NCBI GenBank assembly: GCA_019828565.1
Contig: JAHDYR010000014.1
Coordinates: 248,001 to 312,000 of the forward strand
Source of the DNA: Carpediemonas membranifera BICM
Lineage: Eukaryota > Protista > Fornicata
DNA length: 64,000 bases
Reading direction: 5' to 3'
Both the position numbers and the translations under genes were made by a program. Numbering within the stretch: the first letter of the stretch is position 1; every line of letters starts with the position of its first letter. The notes under the pieces are model-generated. The model worked only from the letters and a program-made list of their open reading frames with translations. It was not told where the DNA came from and did not search any database. Shown piece by piece: positions 8,956 to 20,373 of this stretch.

Positions 8956-11622
8956 ATGAACGCGCGCGAGCGACGACTTCGTGAACGAGAATTGGCGCGT
9001 GAGAAGAAGCGGCAAGACTTGATCAACCGTGACGCCAATACTAATGCCAATCGCCCTGCTCCAGCCGCTGCACGGCCAATACGCCAGCCACAGCCTCGTA
9101 TGGAGCCTGAAGTGGACTGGAAGGCCAAGATGGGCGCTGAAGTTGCCGAGAAACGGCGCCACGAGCCACCACCACGTGTTGAAGAGCGTCACCAGGATCC
9201 ATATGAGGCCAACTACTCATCGCCACAGTTTTCGGACAACAGACCCGGCCGTGCCGAGAACCGCGCCCCTGCAATAGTGCAAGGCAACCCCTTTGAGCCG
9301 CCCCCAGCGCAGGAGGTCCCCGATCGTTTCCGCCGAGACCGTTCGGCGCCTGAGGAGCCGATGGACCTGGGGTTCCCGTCTCAGAAGAGTCCACAGCAAG
9401 CTAGACAGGACGCCATGGACTGGAAGGCCCAGCTAGACGCCCAGGTGGCTGAGAAGAAGCGCATTGAGGCTGAGAAGCGACGCTATGAAGTTTACAACCC
9501 CGCACCCCTCCCCTCCGAGGACCCGGCAGACCGGCAGCCGAACCCCCCAAGAGGTCCGAGCATGGTGCAGGGTAACCTGTTCGAACCACCACCAGCTGCT
9601 GCAGCCCCTGACCGCCGTCGTCGGGGAGGTGGCGAGCAACCCGATGAACCCATGGACTACGCATTCCCAGAGCAGAAGAGCCCGCAGAAGGCTAGGCAGG
9701 AAGCCCTCAGCTGGAAGGCACAGCTTGATGCCCAGATAGCTGAGAAGAAGCGGCGTGAGGCCGAGGAAAAGCGTCTGAGGGATGAGGAAGAGGCCCGGGA
9801 AGAGGAGCGCATCCAGCGGCAGATCAGAGAGGAGGCGGAGCAAAAGAAGCGAGAGGACGAGGCGGAGCGGCGCAAGAAGGAGGCCGCGGAGGAGGAAGAG
9901 ATGCGGCGCATTGCTGCTGTCAAGCCCGCCCGCCGGCAGAGGTCGCCGCCGCCCACCCAACCCGAGGCACAGCAGAGCGAGCCCGTGGCACCAGTGGCGG
10001 AGGACAGTCAGCCGACCCGCCCCCCGAGAGGGAGGGCAGCCGGACGGGCGGTCCAGCGGAGTTCACGGCGTGACCCCAGCCCGAGTCAAAGTGAGTCTGA
10101 GTCGGAGTCAGACCATGACAGGAGACGGAGGCCGCACCGCCGCAGCTCAGGCCGTGGCAAGCGGGGAGGTGGGGACATGGATGAGGTAGCGGGCGTCACT
10201 ATGATGAGTCTCATGCAGCAGTTCATGACCAGTATGCAGGCCCAGAGTCAGGCCAACATGCAGACAAACCTCCAGTCAGAGCAGATCGCCCAGATCACGG
10301 CCCTCAAGGCCCAGCTCGAGGACCTGAAGCGGATTGTCGCCAAGCAGGAGTCGGCACCCCACAGTCTGAACTCGTCGCCCCCTGAGAGCACGACGGGCAA
10401 TAACAGCCCTGCCAGACACGTGGGGAGAAGGTCCAGTCCGAGACTAGTACACAGTCCTGTGAGACAGCCGCAGCCTCAGGTGAGGACACAAACCCCGCCC
10501 CGCCGGCTGCCCGAGCGGCACTCAGCAACTCCCATGACGCGACCCACCCCTGACCGTCTTTATCCCCCGATGAACATCGGTGGCCGTGACCCCAGGCTTG
10601 AGTTGAACATGAACAGACCCGCCACGACGGCCAGGCTGATGCACCTCGCCAATCGGGCGATTGAGAAGTGTCCGGTCAGCCGGTGGGACCAGGCTGAGGG
10701 CCCTCTGGCTACTGAGGTGCAGGCTGTCCATAAGAGGGAATGGGGGTCATATCTTGATGACATGGAGCAGAGCTTGGAGCACACGCTGCAGGACCTCATC
10801 CTGGACGAGGGCACTGAGTTCGTGGCCATCGACGGGCTACAAACAGTGCAGCTGGACGAGCCCCAGTACCAGCCCCTCGAGGTCCTGGACGACGAGGTGC
10901 GGATGCCTGAGATCAGCGAGGACGTGCTGCCAGAGGCTGAGTTCGATGACGACTTTGAGCCGCTGGAGGAGGTTGTGGAAAATGATGACCTCATTTCAGT
11001 ACAAGATGAGTACGAAACGCCGCCCCGCCCCATCGGCCACGACTCCTTCAGGGCGACCCAGTTCACCGTCGAGGACGACGAGTCTGACATTGACGAGCTC
11101 GAGCACAATAAGCTGTTCGCCTCTCCCGTCGCCCACGGCGTGGGTCTGCCCGTTGTGGGTGCCGACCCGTTCGAGACCCCCATTCGCCCCGAGTGGAATG
11201 GTGACCAGTCAAACATCATGGAGCCTCAGTTCGAGGAGGCCGACGACTTCGCCCTGGCCGAGGAGAGCCCGCTTATGGCTGACACGACCATGATGACCGG
11301 ATCGCTGTTGGAGTCGCTCCATGACGACACTATTGACGAGGTGGTGGCTGAGATGGGGCTGGATGATCCGATGTTCGAGCAACGGAGGGAGGAGCTCCAG
11401 CAGAAGGCCCGGGACCGCATCACTGCGCTGGACGACATTGAGAGAGGCATGCGGGATGAGTCTGCTGAGGGCACTGTCGGCAACGAAAGGGCTGCCAGTG
11501 CGGTGGGACGATACATGAAGCGGCCTCAGGCGAAACGGGTCCAGCCCAAGCGGTCTATGATGGCTGGCACCCGGGGCGGGGGTGGGCCAACACAGATTGA
11601 CGACGGGTTCGTCTTCTATTGA
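8956..11622 (+). CDS. Low-complexity coiled-coil protein, CCDC66/CSPP1-like motif (possibly ciliary/centrosomal)
   Basis: 888-aa ORF; repeated WKAQLDAQ(V/I)AEKKR motif followed by an E/K/R-rich coiled coil. Confidence 0.7.
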   Translation: MNARERRLRERELAREKKRQDLINRDANTNANRPAPAAARPIRQPQPRMEPEVDWKAKMGAEVAEKRRHEPPPRVEERHQDPYEANYSSPQFSDNRPGRAENRAPAIVQGNPFEPPPAQEVPDRFRRDRSAPEEPMDLGFPSQKSPQQARQDAMDWKAQLDAQVAEKKRIEAEKRRYEVYNPAPLPSEDPADRQPNPPRGPSMVQGNLFEPPPAAAAPDRRRRGGGEQPDEPMDYAFPEQKSPQKARQEALSWKAQLDAQIAEKKRREAEEKRLRDEEEAREEERIQRQIREEAEQKKREDEAERRKKEAAEEEEMRRIAAVKPARRQRSPPPTQPEAQQSEPVAPVAEDSQPTRPPRGRAAGRAVQRSSRRDPSPSQSESESESDHDRRRRPHRRSSGRGKRGGGDMDEVAGVTMMSLMQQFMTSMQAQSQANMQTNLQSEQIAQITALKAQLEDLKRIVAKQESAPHSLNSSPPESTTGNNSPARHVGRRSSPRLVHSPVRQPQPQVRTQTPPRRLPERHSATPMTRPTPDRLYPPMNIGGRDPRLELNMNRPATTARLMHLANRAIEKCPVSRWDQAEGPLATEVQAVHKREWGSYLDDMEQSLEHTLQDLILDEGTEFVAIDGLQTVQLDEPQYQPLEVLDDEVRMPEISEDVLPEAEFDDDFEPLEEVVENDDLISVQDEYETPPRPIGHDSFRATQFTVEDDESDIDELEHNKLFASPVAHGVGLPVVGADPFETPIRPEWNGDQSNIMEPQFEEADDFALAEESPLMADTTMMTGSLLESLHDDTIDEVVAEMGLDDPMFEQRREELQQKARDRITALDDIERGMRDESAEGTVGNERAASAVGRYMKRPQAKRVQPKRSMMAGTRGGGGPTQIDDGFVFY
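9277..9753 (+). repeat. Internal duplicated module (~62 aa x2, 9277-9462 and 9565-9753)
   Basis: VQGNxFEPPP...PDRxRR...EPMDxxFPxQKSPQxARQxAxxWKAQLDAQxAEKKR occurs twice. Confidence 0.85.
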
Positions 11623-12159
11623 AAGGGGTGTGATTTATGAGTTAAAGTATCTTTCTGTAATGGTTATTACTGCCAGTATTGATTCAAACAATGGTACGGT
11701 TGGCCTCGCCACTGTTTGAGTTCTCCTGTTCCGGCCAACCCTACTACTCACTCGTCAGACCATGGTATAGTAACGGTTTATGGTGCGGGTAGACCTGTTT
11801 ATGGTGACGGAGATCGATGCCAGACATGACCTGATGTCAACTGTCGTCGGTCACCTGGATGTCATGCCGTGACCGCCGTGATCGAAGAGAGGCAGAGTCC
11901 AATCAGGGTGAGTTAATAAAACGATGTCGCTGTCTTCCAGTTACTGTTGAAGCATGTCCGTTTTGATGCTCTCGTTTGATCTTGTCAAGGATCTCCAGTT
12001 TGGATATCAATTGTCAAATCATAATTGGCGACCATGGGTTGAGCTAGACCGTCGACTTGAGGGTCACCCCTACCCTGTTCGACCCCACCGCAATTGCCGT
12101 AAAAAACAGAGAAGACGCAAAGCATGTCCCAGCAGGTCTAGAGGCACCAGCCTCGCGCG

Positions 12160-15100
12160 ATGGCCGCCACGAGTGTCAGAAATCTTTTTTCGCGGGTCAG
12201 CGGAACAGTGAAAAGAGAGCGCCAAAAGAACATGCCCCCAAACGAGGATTGTTACGTCTGTAACATATTCCTCGATGAGAACGACTTCTTTTCAGGCAGT
12301 AAGGCCATCATCAAGGCTCAGGAGATCTCCGATGTCTTCCACAAAAAGATGTACACCAAACACACCATCAGGCCGACGACAATCTCACATAGCGACTTCA
12401 ATCGATTTCGAAGTCTTTGTTTGAACTGCGATGAGACGAGCGATGCCATATTCGACCTCGCTCCTGTGTATCGCCTCCTTTCAGCTCAAACAGACGCCAA
12501 ATCAGTAGCATACGCCCTCATACGGTGGTACACGGCCCTGCTGAACACTTCGGGCGGTCTCATAGTGTTCAAGCACGTCTACCCAAGACACATGGACGAG
12601 GCAGCAAGGTCAAAGTACCGGGACCGCATTTCATCCACGGCCAACAGCTCAATGAATCTTGCACTGGCCCCATTTTACCCCGATATAGTGTCAGAGCTAC
12701 GGTGTATCCGGGGTGAGTCCGAGGGCGGCTTGGTAGCCGACCTCTTTCTCTGGCCCGTGGAGTTCCATCGGTCAACCCCTGTACTTTTTACTGCGAACAT
12801 CGCAAAGTCTGGTAACAACGCGTACGTCATAGAGCTCGACGAGGAGGGTCAGCGTGTGCTGCGGGTCGATGAGTGCCCGGTTCCTCTCCACGACGGCCCC
12901 GCCGCACCCCCCACGATTGCCCAAGACAGGGCCGCGGCAAGGGAGCTGGCCACGCGGTACCGGGAGTTTATCCCGTCGATCGTGAACGAGGCCATGATGC
13001 CCCGCGAGTTGCCCATCGAGGCCATGGGCGGGGCCATCGTGGAGGCCATCCAGAACAGAAGAGTGACGCTCATCACGGGGCCGCCGGGTTGCGGTAAGAC
13101 GTCTTTCGTCGTCAAGGCGATGATCGACCGTGTGACCATCGAGGGTGGCCGCAGCACGTGCCTGCTGACCGCACCCACGCGGGACAGTGCTATGGCGACA
13201 AGTGCCTGCCTGAGGCGCGTTGTCACGGGGACATTACACCGTACTGCCGGTGTGGTAGGCCACTTAGTACGGGACAGCGATACTACAGGGCCCGAGACGA
13301 TGGTGACGGTGTCCACGGTGCGGCGGGCGGTCCATGCAATGGCTGGGGAGAGGCACGGGCATCCCAGTCACGGCACGTTCGTCATAGACGAGCTGCAGAC
13401 TCTCAGGAGCGATGTCAGCATAGCTATCAGTCAAGCCAGGCTGATGCTGCGCCAGTTCGCCCATACGCGCGTTGTACTGCTCGCCACAACACCGGCACTA
13501 CCACACGACAGTGACCACGCGATGAGGACCATTCTTGACTATTTTGACGAGTTCAATCCATCCTGGGTCGATGTGTACGATGCCCGCAACATGTCCAGCG
13601 CCATGAGGGTCCAGACGCTGTGGGATAATCCCGCAGCGGCCAGGGCTGCTAGGATCAGACCCGGGTCTACCCTACCCCTGCCCGGTGTGCAGGTCGACCC
13701 CCTAATCAGAGCTAAGTTCATCCAGCTGGTGACGGACGCCGTTGTGAAGATCGTGGTGAGGACGGACTTCGAGAAAGTCAAGGACGCCAAGGTCGTGGCC
13801 GCCTTCATACCAGGCAGTGCGATGGTCCGCACCGTTGCGGGCGATGTAGTGCGTCGTGCAGCACAGATGATGCCTATCGCAGTCAGCACAGTCACCGTGG
13901 GCGGGCAGCAGGAGTTCTACACGCCTGAACCAGTCAGGGGCCGCCCCACACCGCCTGTGATCCGCATTTACGTCGGGACACCAGCCATGGAGGTCTCTGG
14001 GCTTAGGGCAGACATCATTGTTGACTCCTGCCTCGAGTACCACACCGTCACTGACACGGCCAACACCCAGCTCAAGACACTGCTCGCCTCACAGACCACT
14101 CTACTGCAGCGGGCCAGTCTGGGCGATATGTACGGCAGCGCTGGGTGCACAGTCATCAGAGTCGTTCCGCAGTTTATGTGGGCAACCCTGCCGCCATTCA
14201 GGGAGCCCGGGATCCTCACTGACGACCTTGACAGAGTCATCCTAGACGCCCTCAAAGGGTCAGATGCGGTGGATCTGCAGGTCCTACTCGACATCCCCTT
14301 CGTCCCAGGACAGAACCGGATCCGGCACAGCATCTCCTGGCTCGCTCAGAGGAACCTGCTCGAATGCACCACCAGCGGCACTTTAAGGGCAACCGACATG
14401 TCCCGGATGATTGTATCCATCCCCTTGCCCCCCACGGCAGCCCTGTCGCTGTGGTTGGGGACTAGGATGGCCATGACGGATGACGCCATAGTGGTCGCCG
14501 TCGCAGCAACCAGGGCCGGCGCGTTCAGTCTCTTCCAGCACCGCAACAGCGCTGCCGCCTTCAGCAGTGCCCTGGGCCTGTCCGAGGGCGTCCGCTCAGA
14601 CCCCCTTCTTGTTGCCAACACATATCTCTGGTGGAAACGCACCCGTCCCGTCATTATCCACTCAGCGTTGGACGAGACCACCTGGGTCAGGGACCACTAC
14701 CTTTCCATAGGGGAGCTGCAGACAATGGATGACACCATCGCTATGGTACGCCGCAGTTTAGCCCGAGCAGGATTGTGCACCGCCCCCGACAGCGATGTGC
14801 CCATGCCCAGGTCCCTCTACGCCGACGTGGAGCACCCCATGGCCTCTGGTGTGTCGTTCCAGCAGTACATCTTCCCGTCCTTCTCCAGCCGTGACCCGAC
14901 CAGAGTCAGTCTCGCCCTTTTGATGCTTTCATTTGGTCATCCCGAGCGGCTGTTCACGGCCACCCGTGTGTCGACTGAGGGCACCATTGCCAAGCTGGAC
15001 CCCCCTCTTGATCCCCACAGGGCTGTCGAGTTCCCCCCACCAGATTACAAGCAGTCTGCCGAGGCCGTGGTTGAGATCGAGAGACAGGCACGGCTACACG

Positions 15101-16551
15101 ACCTGAAGATCCTCACAGTTGCCGACAACGAGGGGCATAAGCGGCGAGTCATACACCGCGCCCCGACCCAGCGTGTGGATCAGAGTCCCCACCCCTCCTT
15201 CGCCGAGTTCGATGTGATGTTGGCACGGAAGCCGAAGCAGGTCAGCGTGGCGGACCTCGACGGTGGGGTAATGTTTGACCCGCCGATGGGCATGCACTCG
15301 TCGCTGGCCTCGTTCTACAAGCTGAAACTCACCACCGATCGCAAGTTCATGTCAGGCCTGCTCAACCCCCTCGACGGCACGGCTGTGGTTGAGCGGATAA
15401 TCCCGGCCGACCAGGAGACCAAGATCGCCATCGCCCAGAGCTCGCTGCTGTGCCCACTGCTGATCCCTCGGGCCGTTGACACTCCCACCCTTGTCGGGCT
15501 GACCCTCTCACCCCTCCTCATGCCGGGGACCACACCCAAAGATGACCCGCGGGAGATCTTCTTCAACAACAGCCTCTTCCCGACGACGGCTATGTATGCA
15601 GTCGAGACGACCCTGTGTCTTGCAGCAGGCATGAGTCGACTCGGCGGGGTCCGCTGGGAGACTGACAAGGGCGTCCTGGGCGATGGGGAGAGGGTCGTGC
15701 TCTCAGTACTGAAGGCGTCGGGTCGACCCGAGGCTCTGTGGGCCCGCACTTTCGACGTCTCGGCGTCATTCCGGGCCAGGATGAGGTGGGTTCTCGACCA
15801 TGTCTTAGAGCCATCCCAGGAGACAGCAGAAATGACGAGGGAGATGCTGTCAAGGATAATGGCCACCCATAACGTCGCCGAGCATGGCTGGAAGGACCTC
15901 ATCAAGCCCCCCCCGCTCGCGCCAAGGGAGATTGACCTGGCTGGCAGATCCGACCTCCATTGGCCCAGCCGTAATGTCGAGCCCCGGGAACGGAGGAGGG
16001 CTCGCCATCTCAAGCGGCGAGCAGTGCCGGCTGTGAACCCCGAGATCGCCTTGAAGAGGGCACACACCGAGGCATCCACCCCAACGAGCGAGGGCGGCGC
16101 GACCCTGTCCCAGCTGTTCAGTGACGGCCAGGACATGGCGGCCATCCGACTCATGGGAATCACGACCGAGTCGGCCGACACATCCATGCACGTCTCTGTC
16201 CCGGGGTCAGCTGAGTCCAACTGGGACCAGTGGGGCCTCGGGGTCGAGTCAGACGACGACTTCGCCGAGTACGAGACGACTGAGCACGACCTGGCTGCCG
16301 GCGTTGACATGCTCACAGTCGCCGCGGGACCCAAGCCCTGCCCCGTCAGCGTCCGTACCCCAGCCCGCCGTACTGCTGCGGATTCACTGCTGAACGAGAG
16401 TCACTGGGACATGGGTGAGGGCGACGACGACATCAACGGAAGCCAGTGGTCTCGCCCAAACGAGACAGTCTGCATGAACGACGACTGTTTGGGGGAGTGT
16501 GAGGCGCCTGGCATACTAGGGGACGAGGCGTACGATGATTATGTCCTCTGA
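12160..16551 (+). CDS. Divergent DEAH/RHA-type helicase-like protein with putative N-terminal Schlafen/AlbA_2-like domain
   Basis: Walker A GPPGCGKT, Ia TAPTRDSA, motif II DELQ, HA2-like region (IPLPPTAA...RSDPLLVANTYLWW); N-terminal YTALLNTSGGLIVF; start may be 12160 or 12232. Confidence 0.7.
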   Translation: MAATSVRNLFSRVSGTVKRERQKNMPPNEDCYVCNIFLDENDFFSGSKAIIKAQEISDVFHKKMYTKHTIRPTTISHSDFNRFRSLCLNCDETSDAIFDLAPVYRLLSAQTDAKSVAYALIRWYTALLNTSGGLIVFKHVYPRHMDEAARSKYRDRISSTANSSMNLALAPFYPDIVSELRCIRGESEGGLVADLFLWPVEFHRSTPVLFTANIAKSGNNAYVIELDEEGQRVLRVDECPVPLHDGPAAPPTIAQDRAAARELATRYREFIPSIVNEAMMPRELPIEAMGGAIVEAIQNRRVTLITGPPGCGKTSFVVKAMIDRVTIEGGRSTCLLTAPTRDSAMATSACLRRVVTGTLHRTAGVVGHLVRDSDTTGPETMVTVSTVRRAVHAMAGERHGHPSHGTFVIDELQTLRSDVSIAISQARLMLRQFAHTRVVLLATTPALPHDSDHAMRTILDYFDEFNPSWVDVYDARNMSSAMRVQTLWDNPAAARAARIRPGSTLPLPGVQVDPLIRAKFIQLVTDAVVKIVVRTDFEKVKDAKVVAAFIPGSAMVRTVAGDVVRRAAQMMPIAVSTVTVGGQQEFYTPEPVRGRPTPPVIRIYVGTPAMEVSGLRADIIVDSCLEYHTVTDTANTQLKTLLASQTTLLQRASLGDMYGSAGCTVIRVVPQFMWATLPPFREPGILTDDLDRVILDALKGSDAVDLQVLLDIPFVPGQNRIRHSISWLAQRNLLECTTSGTLRATDMSRMIVSIPLPPTAALSLWLGTRMAMTDDAIVVAVAATRAGAFSLFQHRNSAAAFSSALGLSEGVRSDPLLVANTYLWWKRTRPVIIHSALDETTWVRDHYLSIGELQTMDDTIAMVRRSLARAGLCTAPDSDVPMPRSLYADVEHPMASGVSFQQYIFPSFSSRDPTRVSLALLMLSFGHPERLFTATRVSTEGTIAKLDPPLDPHRAVEFPPPDYKQSAEAVVEIERQARLHDLKILTVADNEGHKRRVIHRAPTQRVDQSPHPSFAEFDVMLARKPKQVSVADLDGGVMFDPPMGMHSSLASFYKLKLTTDRKFMSGLLNPLDGTAVVERIIPADQETKIAIAQSSLLCPLLIPRAVDTPTLVGLTLSPLLMPGTTPKDDPREIFFNNSLFPTTAMYAVETTLCLAAGMSRLGGVRWETDKGVLGDGERVVLSVLKASGRPEALWARTFDVSASFRARMRWVLDHVLEPSQETAEMTREMLSRIMATHNVAEHGWKDLIKPPPLAPREIDLAGRSDLHWPSRNVEPRERRRARHLKRRAVPAVNPEIALKRAHTEASTPTSEGGATLSQLFSDGQDMAAIRLMGITTESADTSMHVSVPGSAESNWDQWGLGVESDDDFAEYETTEHDLAAGVDMLTVAAGPKPCPVSVRTPARRTAADSLLNESHWDMGEGDDDINGSQWSRPNETVCMNDDCLGECEAPGILGDEAYDDYVL

Positions 16552-16900
16552 TCCACGGATTATGTGCAGTTTAATGCAACACTTTACTATTATCACATTC
16601 TATCACTCAAGCTACTATGCTACGTTACTTACTGTCGAATGACATGGAATCATTCGATAAATTCACTTGTTGAAGCTTTTTGCGTCTTTTTGCGCCATGA
16701 GAGCGCGCAATTCATCTGATTCGATTCTGATTTGTCAACTCAAACGCAGCAAAAAGTAGTGGATTCGGGCAGATTTGGTCATGGGAGAGCAACTATAGGG
16801 GTTTGCTCACTCTGCTTACATGCTTTGCGCGACCACGCTGCATGAAAAACGGCGCTTGAAAGAAAAAAGTGCAAGCGATAGTGCTGAGCGAAAACACAGG

Positions 16901-19900
16901 ATGGAGGCTCCGCGGTTCGATGCCCAGCTGCTGTACCGCTCGATCGATGCTGCACTTCACTCCATGAACAACGAAGAGCGTGAGAATGCCACCAATTACA
17001 TCCAGCACGAATCTGTTAGTTTCCCTCGCCATTCCCGTGACCTAGATCATTTTCTCTCCCGAATACCTCCCTCAATTGATCCGATTCATCATGGATGACA
17101 GTACCAACGATAACATCCGCAAGTTCTCGGCGGTTGTGTTCAAGAACGCGATTAAGCGCCATTGGGCCCCATACCACACCAGCGCCCCCACCTTCGCCAA
17201 CAGTGTCAAGCAGGAGGTCCGCAACCAGATTGTCGGCCTCGTCCTTGCCTCATCCCAGATGGGCGGACCTGTCCGTGATCTTCTCGTCGTCGCTCTCGAT
17301 TTCATCATCCTCGCCGACTACGAGCAGATCTGGAAGGAGATTGTCGAGCGTGTGACTGAGGTCTACGCCTCGTTCAACAGCTCTGTTGCCAGCGGGCACG
17401 TCTCGCATGAGCAGCTCGTCACTGTGCATACCGCCATCAAAATGAGCCTCGTTGCCTTCCGCACCTTCAGATTCCGTCAGAACAAGGTCCGCGAGGCGAC
17501 CACCGCCATCTTCTCCCCGCTGCTAGCCCCCATGTGCGCCATTGGCCGCCACCTCATGGGGCACGACCCGAACCCTCTCGTCGGGGCAATGCTGCTCGAC
17601 ATCATCAAGACGCTGCGGTGGAGCATCGAGCCCTACGTCCCCCCGGTCATGCTGCAGGAAAACGGCAAGCTCTTTATGATTCTCATGGAGAGTGTCCTGG
17701 CGATGTCCCGGATCACCGTACCGCCCCTGCCAGCTGACATCCCAGCTACCGACGTCCAGAACGAGCTCATCCAGAGTCCATACTGGAAGATCAGGAAACA
17801 CGCGTTCAAATGCGCCAACCGCTTCTTCCAACGCAAGTTGGCCGAGTCCGAGACGGACGCGGACTCCGTGGTCGCCTCTATGGTGCCACAGCTCATCCCA
17901 TTCGTGTACGAGAGCGTCGCCGGCATCCTTCAGTCCGTCATCGAGCACGGCATGACCAGCCCGAACTCCCCCGCGGCCCGCACAATGTACATCGCCCTAG
18001 CCCTGTGCCAGACTCTCGTCGTCCACACAGAAGCGTCCAGGAACGTCGTCGGCAAGCCCGAGGAGATTCACCGCATGATGTGGGCGTGCATCCACGTGGT
18101 AGACTACACTGCAGAGGACGACTTCCTGTGGGAGTCCGACCCCGAAGAGTACGTCAGACAGCAGTACTCGATCATGACAGAGCTCACCAGCCCCAAGTAC
18201 GCCGCTAGAGGCCTGCTCGCTGAGTGCGCCAAGGCGTACAACCTCTCTAGCGAGCTGATCACCCAATCACAGAACATCGTCGGGGGTCAGGTTCCCGGCG
18301 TCTCCCCCTACGCTGGCATCGAGGTCATCATGACGCTGTCGTCCTGCATGACCAGGGGTGGCCCCCTTCTCCCTACGGAGTTCATCCCCTCGTTGCTGTC
18401 GGACGTCGTCATCCCGATGATGGGCTGCGACCAGCGCCAGCTTCGGGCACAGGCCTGCAACCTCCTCACCAGCCTCCTGCTCAACGCCAGCGAGGACGGC
18501 GCTGCGGACATCCCGATTGAGGTGATCGGCCCCATTGCCGAGAAGATCCTCGGACTCCTCGTGCATGACCCCGAGAGCCCCGTGCGGGTGAACGCGGCCA
18601 ACTGTATCAAGTACCTCATCCACAGAGACGACGTCGTCTCGTTGCTGTCGGACAGGACACTTCAACTCATACAGGCGCTGCTCAAGATCACCTGCGAGAT
18701 GAGCAACGAGGAGATCGCACTGTCGCTCGTGGCCTGCTGCGATGCATTCGCGAGCCACCTCACTCCGCAGATCCTTGACCTCTCTCGGGAGCTGGCGAAC
18801 ATCTTCTTCAGCCTCATGCAGAAGGTCAAGGTCGATGAGAGCTTCGAGACCAACATCCTCAGCGACGACCGCGGGTTCGACCCCGACGAAAGCGAGGACA
18901 ACATCATTCAGGCCGCCACGCAGATCCTGAACGCCCTTACCACCCTCGCCGAGCACGTAGCGGACCAGGACCCCCAACAGTACAACCAGGTCGAGGAGAT
19001 CCTGCTGACATGCATCAGGAACCCACTCGAGCGGGGGCAGATCGACTGCTTCGAGGAGGTCGGCGAGAGTCTTGCCGTTGTATCCCACCGCACTCCCACG
19101 ATCAAGGGCACACACTGGGAGATGTTTGCTGTCATACTCACCACTGCTGACCAGTTCCACGAGTTTGTGCTGGAATTCATCCCCTTCCTGTCCAACATGA
19201 TTGTAAGAGACCCCGCGTCGTTCCTCTCACACACGGGTTTCCACGAGGCAATCAGCAAGCTCGTCGAGGAGCTGCTGAGCGAGACAATCGACGACGACAC
19301 CCGCTACGGCGCCTACCTCGCCCTGGCCATCACCCAGGGCCTCAAGGCATACATGGTCCCCCCGTCCCAGTCGGGCATCGAGCCCAAGGACCAGCAGATG
19401 CTGCAGGCCCTCATGATGCGGTGGCACAACGCCGTCGCTGAGTGCATCACCCGCCTCAGCAACGATCCCGAGAGCTCGATGACCATGGAGCAGCTCGTGC
19501 TGTTCATGGACGCCTTTGCCTCCCTCTGCTTCATCCACCCCGCCCTTGCCATGCATGTGTACGGCCGTCACCTCGACGCTATGCTCACCCGCATCGCCAA
19601 CTCCCTTCTCGAGAAGAAGAACCCTGCATTCAACCCGACCCGGCCCGTCGACAAGTGGCTGCAGGCTGCTGGGCTGGCGACGCTCCTCACGGTGCCGCCC
19701 GATGCCCTTAGTGTACAGCTGACGAACCAGTACCCCGCCCTGCTCAATCTCATCGTCAGTCTGCTCGAGGCCCGCGCCACCCAGGAGCAGGATGAGATGA
19801 ACACCGGGGCGGACTGGTCAGACACGGACTTTGACTTTGACGCTCTCATGCTTGAGACGGACAACGACTCCCTTATTAACCCCCTCAGGAGCCTCAACGT

Positions 19901-20024
19901 GGTCGAGATGGCGAGCGGTCTGCTCCAGAACCCCCCGCCCCACCTAGCTCAGGCAGTGAACCCCGAGTTGACCCAGAGAATAGCGGCCCTGGTGGTCTGG
20001 ACAACGGGGTTTAGTGGAAGGTAG
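16901..20024 (+). CDS. Importin-7/8-like karyopherin beta (2 exons: 16901-17014, 17046-20024)
   Basis: IBN_N motif SAVVFKNAIKRHW, YWKIRKHA, WESDPEEYVR; HEAT-rich; spliced N-terminus is in frame. Confidence 0.88.
17015..17045 (+). other. 31-nt spliceosomal intron
   Basis: GTTAGT...GACCTAG; removal gives the continuous frame HES|IIFSPEYLPQLIRFIM. Confidence 0.85.
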
Positions 20025-20373
20025 GTGCAGGCTAGGACCTATGTAAATACTCGGCTTAGTGGCGATGGAGACGCAGCACTTAACGCGACTGCCGCCCTTT
20101 TGCATGCCAGTATATTCCAGGCTGGCGCAGATTATGGCTGCTTCGGCGGCCATCTAACCAGACAACAAGTCACCTCATGCCGCGCGGGGCGCAGTTTTGC
20201 TGCTGTTTACGTGAGCGTATATAAATAGAGATTCTGGCAACAAGGTGCTGTTGTGACAAAATTTTCTTATCAGACCCGTGCTTCTGAGACATCATGGGAC
20301 CCGTCTGCGCCAGCTGCCATGAAGTGTCATGTCTGCGCTGAGGGTCCTAAGATGCTCGCTGGCGAAATTCATA

